This document shows, piece after piece, positions 52,590 through 64,000 of a stretch of 64,000 nucleotides of DNA. The number at the start of each line of letters is the position of its first letter. Within the stretch, counting starts at the first letter, position 1. This DNA comes from Takakia lepidozioides. Taxonomy: Eukaryota > Plantae > Bryophyta. The notes under the pieces are model-generated. The model was not told the DNA's origin. It worked only from the letters and a program-made list of their open reading frames with translations, and searched no databases. The stretch spans positions 60,760,001 to 60,824,000 of the forward strand of contig CM060731.1 of assembly GCA_030704615.1 (NCBI GenBank), written 5' to 3'. The translations under genes were made by a program, and so were the position numbers.

Positions 52590-55500
52590 AACCAGCATCA
52601 TGCGTGAAAGCGAGTGACTTCAAACGAGGAGAAAAACTGTCATGATATTTGGAAAAAAAAGAGTAAGTCTCAGAAACAATGTCATTGAATGAGACAGTCA
52701 GTACAGAGCTCTCTTGAGATCTGCCATGATTACATTTCAGGTTTTTTCACACAACAGCAGAAAGGCACAGATTTTCCTACTTCAGAGGAGTATCATACTC
52801 ATTAGGAAAAGTGGGCATGAAGAAAGCTTTGATGTTTATGGAAGTGTTAAATAATGTTCCCAAAAATGGTTGAACGAGGGGACCCCAAAAGATCAGGCAG
52901 ACTGGATAGCTGATGATGGGTGGGGAATCTCCAGTATTTTGATACATTTTGATACTTAATCCTTCTGACAGCATCAGTTGTTGCTCTCTGCCCAGGAGTT
53001 GCTTCACTCTGCCTCCTCCTTGGCCAATTCCCTCAAAGTACTGTTTTCAGTCCCACATCTCTTTTTTCTCTCATCACAAGTTAGCAGAGCATGATGTATT
53101 ACAAATCATGCAGGGATAGAGCCGCAAAATTGCAAATGGTGTTGCTCGTGCCTTTAGAAGAGCTAGTGCATTGAGCATATTCCACGAAAATGCTGATGTA
53201 TCTACTCTTGGATACTTGGGCCATGGAAACCATATGTTGGTCTGGAATCAAGAAATATAAGGTGGTGTGAGGGGGAGCATATGTTGGTCACAGTGAATCA
53301 CCATAGTGATCACAAGGTTCAAGAAACTTTCTTGCTGATTTCATGCCTAGTGTGTGCGCAGCTATTGAATTCATGCTAGCTGGCTCTAGCATGGGTGGAG
53401 ATGACCTCTGATGGGCATGGTGTGGTTATTGACAGGGATATGGGAAGATGTGGGAGCTGCTCATGGCTCACCTCCAACACATTTTTTTCCAGAGGTTGGC
53501 TCACTAGACCTGTTTGTGATCGTGCTGAGGGGAGATTGTGAATGCTGCAGTTTTGTGCACAGACCACAACCAGTTTCTAACAAATGGAAGAGTTTGCAGG
53601 GAGAAGTCAAGGAGTACATACGACATAGCGAGTGTGATTACATAAGCACATAAGCGGGCAGGTTGAGGAGTACATGATACTCTATGGCTACATAAGCTCA
53701 TTAAACACTCAGGACTTGGACACAATCTTTCACAAGGTACGATATCACTTTGTATGTGGATATAGTACTTTATTGCAGTGTGGTGAATTTACCTTGAAAA
53801 TCATTCTTAATTCGGCTTTCGACTGTAAGATACGGGAGAAGATGTGGGAGGGTAAATTCCTGTCATGTAAAGGGGCATTGGTACATGGACAGGAAGGAGA
53901 GGGGGAGGTAACCGACATACTCATTGAATTGCCTGGCAAGTTTTCTTGTATTCATCAAACTCTTGGGCTCTCCTGTCCCCCAACTACATGCAGATGGCAT
54001 TGATGCTCACCCCTCTGTAAATGGCATGGTCTGATAGCAGGAAGATATTGTGCTCTTCTTCCCACAATTGTTGAGGCATAGATGATCTTGAATTTTAGAA
54101 AAAAGTGAAATCAAGTTGTCCAGAAGTTGCAACCTCTGTGTATGTGTGTGAGATGTCTTTTGCCTTGGGCCCTATTCATTGCCAGTTGCAAAATAGATGT
54201 CCCTGGAAATCTTTTCCACGTCTGATGGTGGGAATTGTTCTGCTGCAGCCATTGACATTTTTAGATGTGAGAGCAAAGTTTGACTCGGAGTCGAGGGAGA
54301 TCACAGATGACATCCAAAGGAAGAAAGACAGTACCAATTTCCTTGACAACGGCTTGTTGGGTTTGTGTCTGGAAGGGGGCTACAAGTTCAAACCCAAGAA
54401 AGATGGTGGATTTCCCTTTCACTCACTCAGCCTGGTAACTCATTTTACCCACTTTTGCAAGTTATGCAGGTGTCCATGAGAACCCAGTATGGCATGTGGG
54501 ATTCTTACCCTCCCAAAGCTGGTTGCATGGTGCAGGTTGAGTGGGAGAGAAAGAAAGGTAGACACAAGGGAGTGTGAAAGGGAGGTGGCTTTAAAGCAAG
54601 ATTGTGTATGGTTGTAATTCATGTTGTTGTTGTATGTAATTATGCTGCTCTTTTCTCTTTTACACCTTCACTTTGATCTACCTTCTTTCTGCAAGCACCT
54701 CAAAAGTTGCCCTTGAGACTTCCTTCGCTCCAACGCCCTTGGCATTTGGTGTGCAAGGTGTAGAGCTGTTTTTGGTTCTATATTATTTCGAATACATGAG
54801 GTCCGTACTTCTTTGATGGATGCTTTCACCTCTGGTCCTGCGATTTGGGAACGGATCCATAAGGAGGTTGAGAAGTGTAGCCTTGATGGACAGGATGATC
54901 AGTGGATGACTTGCCAGCTTCTCTGGCAAATGTCTCCCCTGTGGTTTGGCCTCCAGGTGGTTCTTGGGCCCCCCTTTGTTTGATCTCTTTTGTCTCAGTA
55001 AAGGCATTCCTCTTCAAAAAAGGAAAAAAATGCCCCTTGGTCCCCCTTGACATGAGAGGTGGATTAGCCTGAATTAGGCAAGCAGGGAAGCCAACGGAGG
55101 TAGTGGAGATGTTCAACTAAAAGTTGACTGCAATGTCATGCAGGGAGCTGGGCAGGGGTCCTCAGGGAGTTCTGTACACTCCCAGCAGCCAGATTTTGTG
55201 AGCTGAGGGGTGGGACAGATCTCCAGATTTGCAGCTTTCAGAACCAGTTTTCCTCTCCCCTTTATTATTATTTATAACCTGTCAGAAGTTTTTTTTTTGG
55301 TTTTGTTTGTTTTTTAAGTATTTCAAAATCGTAAAAGCTTGTGATTTCGTAAGAGCTTCGATATATATGTACTATAATAACAGGTTTTTTTTATGGTTGC
55401 ATTGATGGGTAATCTACTGGGTGCTGCTTGTTGGGACCCTTTATAAATTTGGTTGACATACTGATGTAAAAAATTATAAAGTATATATAAATTATAAAAT

Positions 55501-56084
55501 TGTTTAAAGAAATTTATTTAATCTCAATTATCTGTTCAAAAACAAAATCGTAATTAATTGTGTGATTCATCTCAATAAAGTGCAAAGGCTAAATGGAAAT
55601 TATCATCATCATTTGGAATTTAGTGACACCTAAATGATTAATCAATTAAAATTTTCATCAGACATTGTGGTAGGCTAGACTTATTTTATCTGGGGTATCC
55701 CTTTTAGTACTTACTACTAATCCGTCACCCATTCCCTTTGGGTATCCACTGGTCCCTTGGGTTTCTGGACAAGAAAGCTTTATTTTTTATATATATCTTT
55801 AAGGGAAACAACTTGGAGCCACAGCTCACAAATCAGGCCCTTTAAGAGGAAAAAATAACCTCTTTCAGAATAACCTTGCCGCGAAGGTTTTTGCAGTTTT
55901 TGAATGGGACACCACCCAAGGGAAGGGGGAGAAGAACATACCACAGCCATCAAGGTAGCTGGATTTGACCCCAGAATCATCTGGGTGGCACTAATTGCAC
56001 TATCCACGGACTGTTGGTGAAGCTTTATATTGGCACACATAGAGGGAAGTAGGGGGTTTCCATGGGTCGTCTTGGTACAACCCA

Positions 56085-56340
56085 AAATGACCTATTGTGT
56101 ATGTTGCTTGTCTGTAGTTAGATAATGTCGGATCGTTCTATGAGAATCACCGCGGTGAAGGCAGAGAATGAAACACACATGAAACACACAGCTGACTCTC
56201 CCAAGAACTTTGAACCTTGCGTGGTTATTTTGGGCATTCGGGCAGACATAAAAATTGATGACGTACGAAACGTGGCAATGATGACGTGGCATTATGGCAC
56301 CCTATACACGCTCCATGTTAAACTAGCTCTCCACCTTAGG
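56085..56340 (-). pseudogene. Short remnant of the OSB-PDF/PPR family leader and upstream motif block
   Basis: HRGDSHRTIRHYLTTD on the minus strand, and atgacgtggcattatggcaccctatac..taaactagc as at ~48240 and ~48410. Confidence 0.55.
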
Positions 56341-58866
56341 TGGTCACTAGAATTTTTGGTCCAAGCCCGGGAATATCTTTTCCAAGAGAGAAACAAGGTA
56401 GGGGATGGGAGCCCTTTTACTCCCATTAACAGGTTAAAAGTTAAAATAAAAGGTTTAGCTAAAATTACAGCTAACATTCATGCACTCTCACATAAATTAG
56501 TTGTGCTAATCATAAGCAGTAGTTAAGGTCCTAAGACCAAGTTGGAGGCAGTAATCAAAACATGTCTTTAATATGACAAAAGAAACAATGCTGCTCTTCA
56601 AGTGAGTGTCAGCCCACTAAATGCTTCCAATGCAAAACAAGGAAGGTTACTAAATGCTGCATGTTCTTCTTAACATAACTTAGAGGCCCCTCTGGGATAC
56701 AGGCCTCCTGGTTGTATGCTTAACAATTTAGCAGTCAGTTGTAATTTTGCAAAGCATTTGCAGAGAGCATGCAATGGAAGAACTTGTGGCCCATACACTC
56801 CGATCTCATACAAAAGGCATATCGCGACGTAATGAAATACATAATAGTGCATTGGAGATGTAATTTCGAGCAGAAAATTCAGCCTTGAACATGGATACCG
56901 TGACATAATAAAAATACAGCGTGGGCAGAAAACTCGTCGTTCATTATACCACCGTTATACCACCCATATGATATTGCTAATAAGGTTATCATGAAGACCC
57001 ATCCACCTCTGCACTTCCACTTCAAGAGAGAGAGAGAGAGAAATAGATAGTGTACAGGCGGGCCTGAAACATAGGGGGATCCCATGCCGATGGCCCCTTG
57101 CCGTTCCCATTGGTGCACCTTGTCCTTCCATCTCCCTCTCCTCTTGCACTCCCTCGATCCTGCCATCTCTTACGCTGGACCCTCCCTCTCTTCCCAAGCT
57201 CCCTCTTTGGCTATTATAGCTTGCCAAAATGACCTCACCGTACCTGTAGGACCTCCTCCAATCTAGAACCTTCCTTAGCGAACTTTGGCATGCATTCCTT
57301 ATTATGGGCCACATGCCACTTTCACATAGCATATAGTAACAATGTGGGGCCCGCAAGCTATAGCCACTTTGGACAGCTTAATAGACGTCCAATATTCTTT
57401 GCTTAATCTATTTTTGAAACGATTCGGGTACATATTCAAACTTGCCAACAGTGACCCATCACCTGTAGGTAAGTCTTACACAAACTTATCTACTTGCTAA
57501 TTCAGAGATTCAGATCAGAGATAAGTTTGAATAAAGTGCCAAGTAGCACTTTTCCTTAGCAGATCCACATGCCAGGATGTTATTGCTCAGATCTATTGAC
57601 GAGTTAAAAAGCACAAAAACACAGCCTGGTTCAATATGAGTCATCAAGTTTCAAGGCAGGGCTGAGGACACTTTCCAGGTCTCTCAAAAGCAATGGCTCA
57701 TCGCAGAGAGTTTGTGCAGGTCCACCGAGGCAAATGCTCATTACATCTCCTCCCAAGAATGAGGACATTGTGCAGGGCAGCAGAGCCAACCCAGTATAAG
57801 GTGATTACAATAACAAGTAAAAATAAGTAAACATTTCTTCTTCTGCAACTTCAATCCATGGTGAAGGGTTAAGATATCCAAAGGGGGAAGGTAGAGATTA
57901 AAACACAGGATATATATACCATTGCAGAAATGTGAACAGCTGCAAGTGTGAATGATGGGGGCAGATGTCAGTAGGACAAAACAAACATTGTGGTTGTGCA
58001 GTGATGATGAGTGTTGTCTTGTTGTATTGTGACAGTGAGCACTGAGCAGAGCCATGCAAGACACAGACACTGTAGCTTAGGTGGGTAGTAGGTAGCTCAC
58101 AGTTTGGGTCCCCACAAACAAGAAAGAAAGAGGGTGTACCTCCTAGTTGTGGAAGAGAGGAGAGAGAGAGAGAGGGAGAGGGGGATGCCAGGAATCCAGG
58201 GAGCATCATCCGAGTGCCATCCCAGTAGGCATCGCACAAGTACGAGTCCCTGGCGACAGAGAAAAGCGGGGGAAAACAGAAAGGGGAGGATTGTTGTACT
58301 GCAAAGTCTGAGAGCTTTGAATGCGCAATCAAAACCATCAGTGGGGCGGAGGGAGTCCTTGATATCCGTCCTGGATGCATGCCGCAACGATGTGAATGGC
58401 AACAATGCAAGGAGCAGAGAACCCAACAGGGCACGACCGGTCTGGCCAATGCCTCCATGGCGTCGTGCACCCCAAGAGAAATTCATCAGCACACCTGCGA
58501 CTTGATTACGCATTAATCTTGAGATTAATGCTGGCGCGTGTGTGCCACGAGCCTAGCTGTTTCCTTGGGCTTGTGGGGGCCGTCAGATTTCTGAGTTTGA
58601 CGGTAGAGCGCTTATATGCTTTACAATCCTCGTCCCCCGTGCCAGGCACACTCCTCAGAGAGACCTCTACTCACCCTGCTGGAACAGCACACTCCTCGAG
58701 CTCATTCCGCTGGAGCAGCACACTCCTATGTCTTTGTGCTCCTCCTGCTATCTGGGAAGTTGTGGGTGAAGAGGAGGTACCGCTCATGTGAACTGCTGAT
58801 CGGAGCCTGGACCCTCTCACAGTTCTTTCTCTCCTTCTATCATTGAAATACAAAGGAGCTCCCAAA

Positions 58867-60223
58867 ATGGGTGTACCCATTGCAGACCAAAACACTAAGC
58901 TGACCACATCTAGCCGCTTAGTTGCCGTCTACTCGGAGGAGCAGCAGCTTCAGCTAGCGAGTGGTGGGAAGTTCGGATGGGACGTTGCAGAACAAGCCAG
59001 ATCCACATGGGACGTCGAAGCTCGACCCATTGCTGATTTGTCGCCTAAGTTCGACGATGTCGATGAAGAAACTCACTACTCCCATAGATCACCGTGGCTT
59101 CGAGCTCTAGTCCTGGGTGCCAATGACGGCTTGGTGTCGATTGCGTCGCTGATGTTGGGTGTTGGAGCTCTGAAGTATGAAAGGAAGGCTATGATGATGA
59201 GTGGGGTTGCGGGCCTTGTTGCTGGAGCCTGCAGCATGGCAATCGGGGAATTTGTGTCGGTGTTCTCGCAGCGCGACACAGAGCTTGCTGACATTGAGAA
59301 AGAGCGAAAGGTACTCACGCACACTTCACTCAGTCAGGGTGTCCTTGTCTCACATGTATTCCTGTTGCACGCTCGAGAGTTGGACGACTATGGCTCCCAG
59401 ATATCAAACTTAATTTCTGCGTCACTGGTAGAGACTCAAGAGTCTTCATTTCTTCTGCATGTACGATCATGCAGCACGTGATAAATCCCCCAGGTGCTCT
59501 GTGTAGCCGAGCTGAATGTCTAGACTCAATGTTCCCCTGCAAGCCTTTGCTGAAATGTATCATGCTTTGCACACCAGGAACACATGAATGGGCCAGATGC
59601 TGAGGCTCGAGAACTTGAGGAGCTGACTCAGATCTATGTTGGGCGAGGGTTGAGTTACTTCCTAGCTAAGCAGGTACAACATCGCGCAGTTTTTCTTCAC
59701 TGATCTGTTCGGATTTGGCTGCCAATTTGTTTCTCTCGGTGCTTCAAGTATTATCGTCTGCCCCATTCCCACCGTATCTGACCTTTAGTGAGAGTAGAGG
59801 TCCCCGAGTCGTCTTGTAATGTTGCTTGAGATTGCATTTCAAACCACTGTCTCAATGCTTTTCTCCCAGGTGGCAGTAGAGCTGTCGAAAGTAGACGCCC
59901 TGAAGGCCCATGCACGTGATGAGCTTGGGATAGACTTGGATGAGCTCTCCAATCCAATGCAGGCAGCATTGGCGTCAGCAATCGCATTTGCATCGGGTGG
60001 GGGGGTACCCCTTCTAGCAGGATCCTTCATATCCAGCTACAGATACAGGCTTGCTTCCGTTGCAGCTGCATCTTTAGTAGCCCTTGCGGCTTTTGGAGCC
60101 ATTGGAGCACGCCTTGGAGGTGCTAACATGTTCAAAGCAGCTTTGCGAGTCCTGGTAGGGGGAGTGCTAGCCATGCTGATTACTTTCGGGGTCCTTCACC
60201 TTTTTGGGATTGCGGGCCTTTAA
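58867..60223 (+). CDS. VIT1/CCC1-family vacuolar iron/manganese transporter (exons 58867-59310, 59578-59673, 59870-60223)
   Basis: RSPWLRALVLGANDGLVS..GLVAGACSMAIGEFVSVFSQRDTE; ELEELTQIYVGRGL; HARDELGID..NPMQAALASAIAF..G..VPLL. Phase-0 GT-AG introns, no stops. Confidence 0.92.
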
Positions 60224-61929
60224 GGTCTTGCACTTCTTCTGCGAACAACGTGGAACATGCTAGCAGGAAGGAAAGCATAGTGTGTACCTCACAGATTGAC
60301 TAGTTGTTTCTATCAATTTGATTCCTCTTACGCGACTCCCCTTGAAGCTCACTTCAACTGCTACTACCAAAGCCTGAGTGGTTACTGGTATGCAGAAAGT
60401 GCTGCGAAATGGCAATGTGGCTCTGAGTGTGGTCCTTGCAAATGCAAGATCGCAACAGCTGATTTTGTCTTGTATATAATTCCGTCGAATTTCAACCACT
60501 GTTGATACAGCTTACTCCATCTGCCTGTGCCTTCTCTCTTCTGCAAATCTGTTGAAGCTCTCACACGATGAGCATGCATCTGTAAAGCATCTCAGATCTC
60601 AGCAAGGGGTTCATGGATGGCCGAACTATTATCACTCACGGGGATGGGCTGCTTTCAACGTTCAGCGAATCTACAGACTGAGTAAAATATCCTCTTCTGA
60701 CGAGCAGAGGGCTGAACCCCTAAAAGCGCGACAGCTTTTCACCCTCCCCTGCAAAATCTGCACTCCGGCTACCTTTTCAATCTTCACAAATAATTCGGAA
60801 AGTAGTGAACTCAGCTCACATGTCTGGAAAGTGAAGATTTTGTCACTACAATTATTACCTGCCACACTACTGTGAAAGTCTTTCTAACAAATTGGTGTAG
60901 CTGCATGGACCAAGGTTCCAACCCCAGGAGCAAATGGAACTTAAACTTCTGTTACTGGACCAGATCTTAATCCTTCTGTGTGTCGAAGCTCATCTTGGCA
61001 CAGAATGGATTCACTGCCTTCTCTAGGTTAGCTGAATATTTGTGAAGTACAGCTTACTATACTTCACTTCCAATGAGCTTCGAAACCGCAATGCATAATG
61101 CTAGGCTGAGCACACACAGCAGCTTGCCGTTGAGTATACTGTTGGAGGGACCTTGAAGGAAAGGAGGAGAGAAAGAAAGCTGGACCACATTAGCAAGAAC
61201 CAACAACAAAATGTGGATGACTGCAGTAAAAAATCACCAAAGAACAAGCATCATGATTATCAACATTCAAGTGTGCCTTCATGATTAGTGAAACAAAAGG
61301 GTATGCATCTGTACTCCTGTAACAATCCACACAGGATAAAAATCTGAAAAGTATTTCTCAGGGGAAAACCGAGGCTTGTCTCTGTTCCTTGTGAGGAAAG
61401 AAAGTGGGTGTGGCACTTTGAAATAGGTTTATAGGTCTGGGCAGCCATCAGGATTCCAGATAATCTTGCTGCTGCCCTCTGGCGGGAAGACATTCAAAGC
61501 CTAGGATTATTGGAATCCTGCCAAAGATCATTCCCATCCCCTCCCCCTTCACCTAAGAATAGCCTCGAGGGTGTGGGGCTTTCTGCTGATCGCACCCCAA
61601 CCTTCTGACCATGTTTGACTGCCTGCTTAGATTGTGTGTTCTGACAGGGTGATCACCAAGTACCTTTTCACAATTGTTCAAAATCCATCTCTGGATCCAT
61701 TGATCAAATGTGTCTTGCCCACGTTGTCCTGTACTGTAGGGGGCTTCTCATCATTCCACCCTGCAAATACACCGATTGTCTCTAGAACAGAATTTTTGAA
61801 TGCTCTGTTACCCTCCTTCACATGATAGGGTCAAGAAGCTGAGCTAAAGCTAGCTTCGGCAACAACTGCAAGCCTCAAGCAGAAAAGTGCCTCGTCCAAA
61901 GATTGTTAAGCAGCATGTCCATGTCAAAC

Positions 61930-63653
61930 CTATCCCTCCAGGTAAGCGAGTCTGCTTCTCTTGGATTCAGCAAGCTCCAACTGCTCTTTCAGGAGTGGAA
62001 TGTCATTATTCAACTTCAGCCGCCGTAACTTTTCTGTATCACACTGCATAGATGCCCTCCGGCACGCTCCTATGCTGCCTGTAACATTGAGGTACCAGCT
62101 CAGTATTCCAAATAAGACCGGATGATCTGAAAAGTACAACCCTACCCATCTCAAGACCAAGGCATAACCCCAACCAAGTAGGGCTTGCACCTATTGCCGT
62201 AGTCGAGCCACAGAACCTTACGCAATGCTTAGGATTGCCGAAACCAACAAGGATTATGTCAGGACTCCGGAGCTCTTGTACCTGTTAGTGCCTCTTCAAC
62301 CCTTTTCTCAGATGCATTTGGAAACGTTTCAACAACCAATGATACCGTGAGTTAAGTATCTGCGCAGGGAGGGTGCCCTCTAAGGACAACAGTGTCTGGT
62401 AGTAAATATCTACTCCCAGGGGAGTAAACATTCAGTCTCTCCACTCAACACTGAGATCCAGGAGGTTGAATAATACTGGCACGTTGCGGATGTGGGTGAT
62501 GAAGGTGATCGCTGCCCAAACCATATGGTATTGCTGCCTGCTGCACCGCACTTTACACACACCTGTCCCAGCATTCACATACTTCACTGCCATTTCACCC
62601 CTCTCGGGGTTGGACAAGATCCACCAGAGGTCAAAACAAAAATAATTTCTCAAAAGTGTAAATAGGGAGAAAATCCAACTCCTACTAAGAAGAAGAATGA
62701 CCAGGGGGCAGAAGGGGCTATGCGGTTAAGTCCATGCACAAAGGGGAAGAGGCTTGGATAGGGAACAAGGCATGATAGGAGAAATAGATCAGGAGGAGGT
62801 AAATACGGCACATGTCTCATGCCTCAATCAAGTGCTTTGAGGCACCCCGGTGATAGTATCCTCACCTTCTTCACCAAGGCTCTCTATGACTCATGCCTCA
62901 AAGCACTATCCAAAGCCAAAGCCCCTGGCCCTGAACTCATCCCAAATGCTTTACTTCAAGCACTTGATGCTCATTTTCACTCTCTTCTATTCAAAAATTT
63001 TCAACTTTGTTACCGCCTCCTGCGCGTCCCCCCATCATGGAAGCATAGCTGTACTATCCTCCTATATAAAAAAGGAGACCCCACCAATATCGGTAATCAC
63101 CGCCCTATAGCCTTGGCTAACACCATATATAAACTCTTCACTGGCACGCTAACTACGATGCTCTCCAGTCATTTGCCAACACCACTGCTTTCTTGCTTCC
63201 TACTGTTTACATGGTCAACTCCCTTGCTAGAAAGGAAAAAACACAGGGGTTGGTAGTAAAGCAACAGGTAGGATGGACAAAACAGACACATACGTAGATC
63301 AAATCGTTAGCCGTCTCCCCTCCAACAGAGAAGTGTGAAGGCCATCCTCTTTCTATGCCACAGATGCTTTGACCTTGCGGTAAAAAGCCAATTGAATATT
63401 ACCCGCCAGATTTGTGACAATCTCAGTCTGAAACTGCCATACATCCCCATATCCGATGATCTCGAGGGAGAGGGGGAGTGAGAGAACCTTGGACAGAAGC
63501 CACGCAAGAAGCCAGGCCGTGCTCGCCAAAATTCAAGAGGAGACTCTCATGTATAGCGCTGGTCACAACGGCAGGACTGAGAGTAGCATTCACCCATTTT
63601 TGCCCACGCCACACCATCTCCAACACGAGGTATCTGTTCTTGAACAACACCAT
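61930..63653 (-). CDS. POP5: RNase P/MRP protein subunit POP5 (exons 63653-63488, 62586-~62452, 62078-61930)
   Basis: MVLFKNRYLVLE..SAIHESLLLNFGEHGLASCVASVQ / VKYVNAGTGVCKVRCSR..HMVWAAITFITHI..VLFNLLDLS / SIGACRRA. This is the Rpp14/Pop5 family pattern, with phase-1 introns. Confidence 0.88.
62850..63170 (+). mobile_element. Non-LTR retrotransposon (LINE) reverse transcriptase fragment in POP5 intron 1
   Basis: KAPGPELIPNALL...VPPSWKHSCTILLYKKGDPTNIGNHRPIALANTIYKLFT, the N-terminal LINE RT motifs. Truncated on both sides. Confidence 0.88.
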
Positions 63654-64000
63654 AGCTCCTCACCCACACTCTCCCCATGCTAACTTCGTGGAGACAGTTC
63701 TCTCAGAAACGCTTTGGACGGGTGTTTCCAGGCTAAAAATAGTAAATGCAAAGTAAGAAAAATACATGAATTGCCAAGTGAAGAGCCGCCACCAATTTGC
63801 CACCATGCTGCAGTTCTCTTCGTCTCTCTCGTTCTCTCGAGTTTTGCTGTGGTCTTCGCGCATAGTGACGATGGAGCGCAATACGCAAGCCAAACTTGGA
63901 GAAGCCCTAGCTTTCCTTAGAGAGTAAAGCGGACATCGGGGTGTGAGGGGTTCACAGAGATGGTGCAGAAGTTGGTGCTTCTTCAATTCGGAGAAGCAGG

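Noticed and set aside
53376-55200. Short ORFs possibly from a decayed TE
   Set aside because: No identifiable domain, termini or TSD.

Overview
Land-plant nuclear DNA with GT-AG introns. The lineage is uncertain; a non-seed plant with abundant organellar C-to-U editing is plausible but is only an inference. Main contents: (1) a complete 18.1-kb CACTA/En-Spm DNA transposon (4276-22405, CACTA..TAGTG termini, TAA target-site duplication). It carries decayed tnpD (+) and tnpA-like (-) genes in divergent orientation, plus an unexpected SET-domain reading frame just upstream of tnpD. (2) A cluster of PLS-type PPR/DYW RNA-editing-factor genes. One copy is intact (48724-52589), and its upstream exons splice in frame to add an OSB-type 'PDF' (WWDNR...PDF..LW) ssDNA-binding motif in front of the PPR-E-DYW array. 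Several decayed minus-strand paralogues of the same architecture surround it. (3) Three other genes that look intact: a DMP/DUF679 membrane protein with an unusually long Q/A-rich tail, a VIT1/CCC1-family transporter and POP5 (RNase P/MRP subunit). (4) Fragments of host genes (SnRK1, receptor-like kinase, ClpB, TrpB2, INO80), a LINE RT fragment, MITE-like foldbacks and tandem repeats. All gene models were assembled by eye from splice signals and motif recognition; no database search was run.
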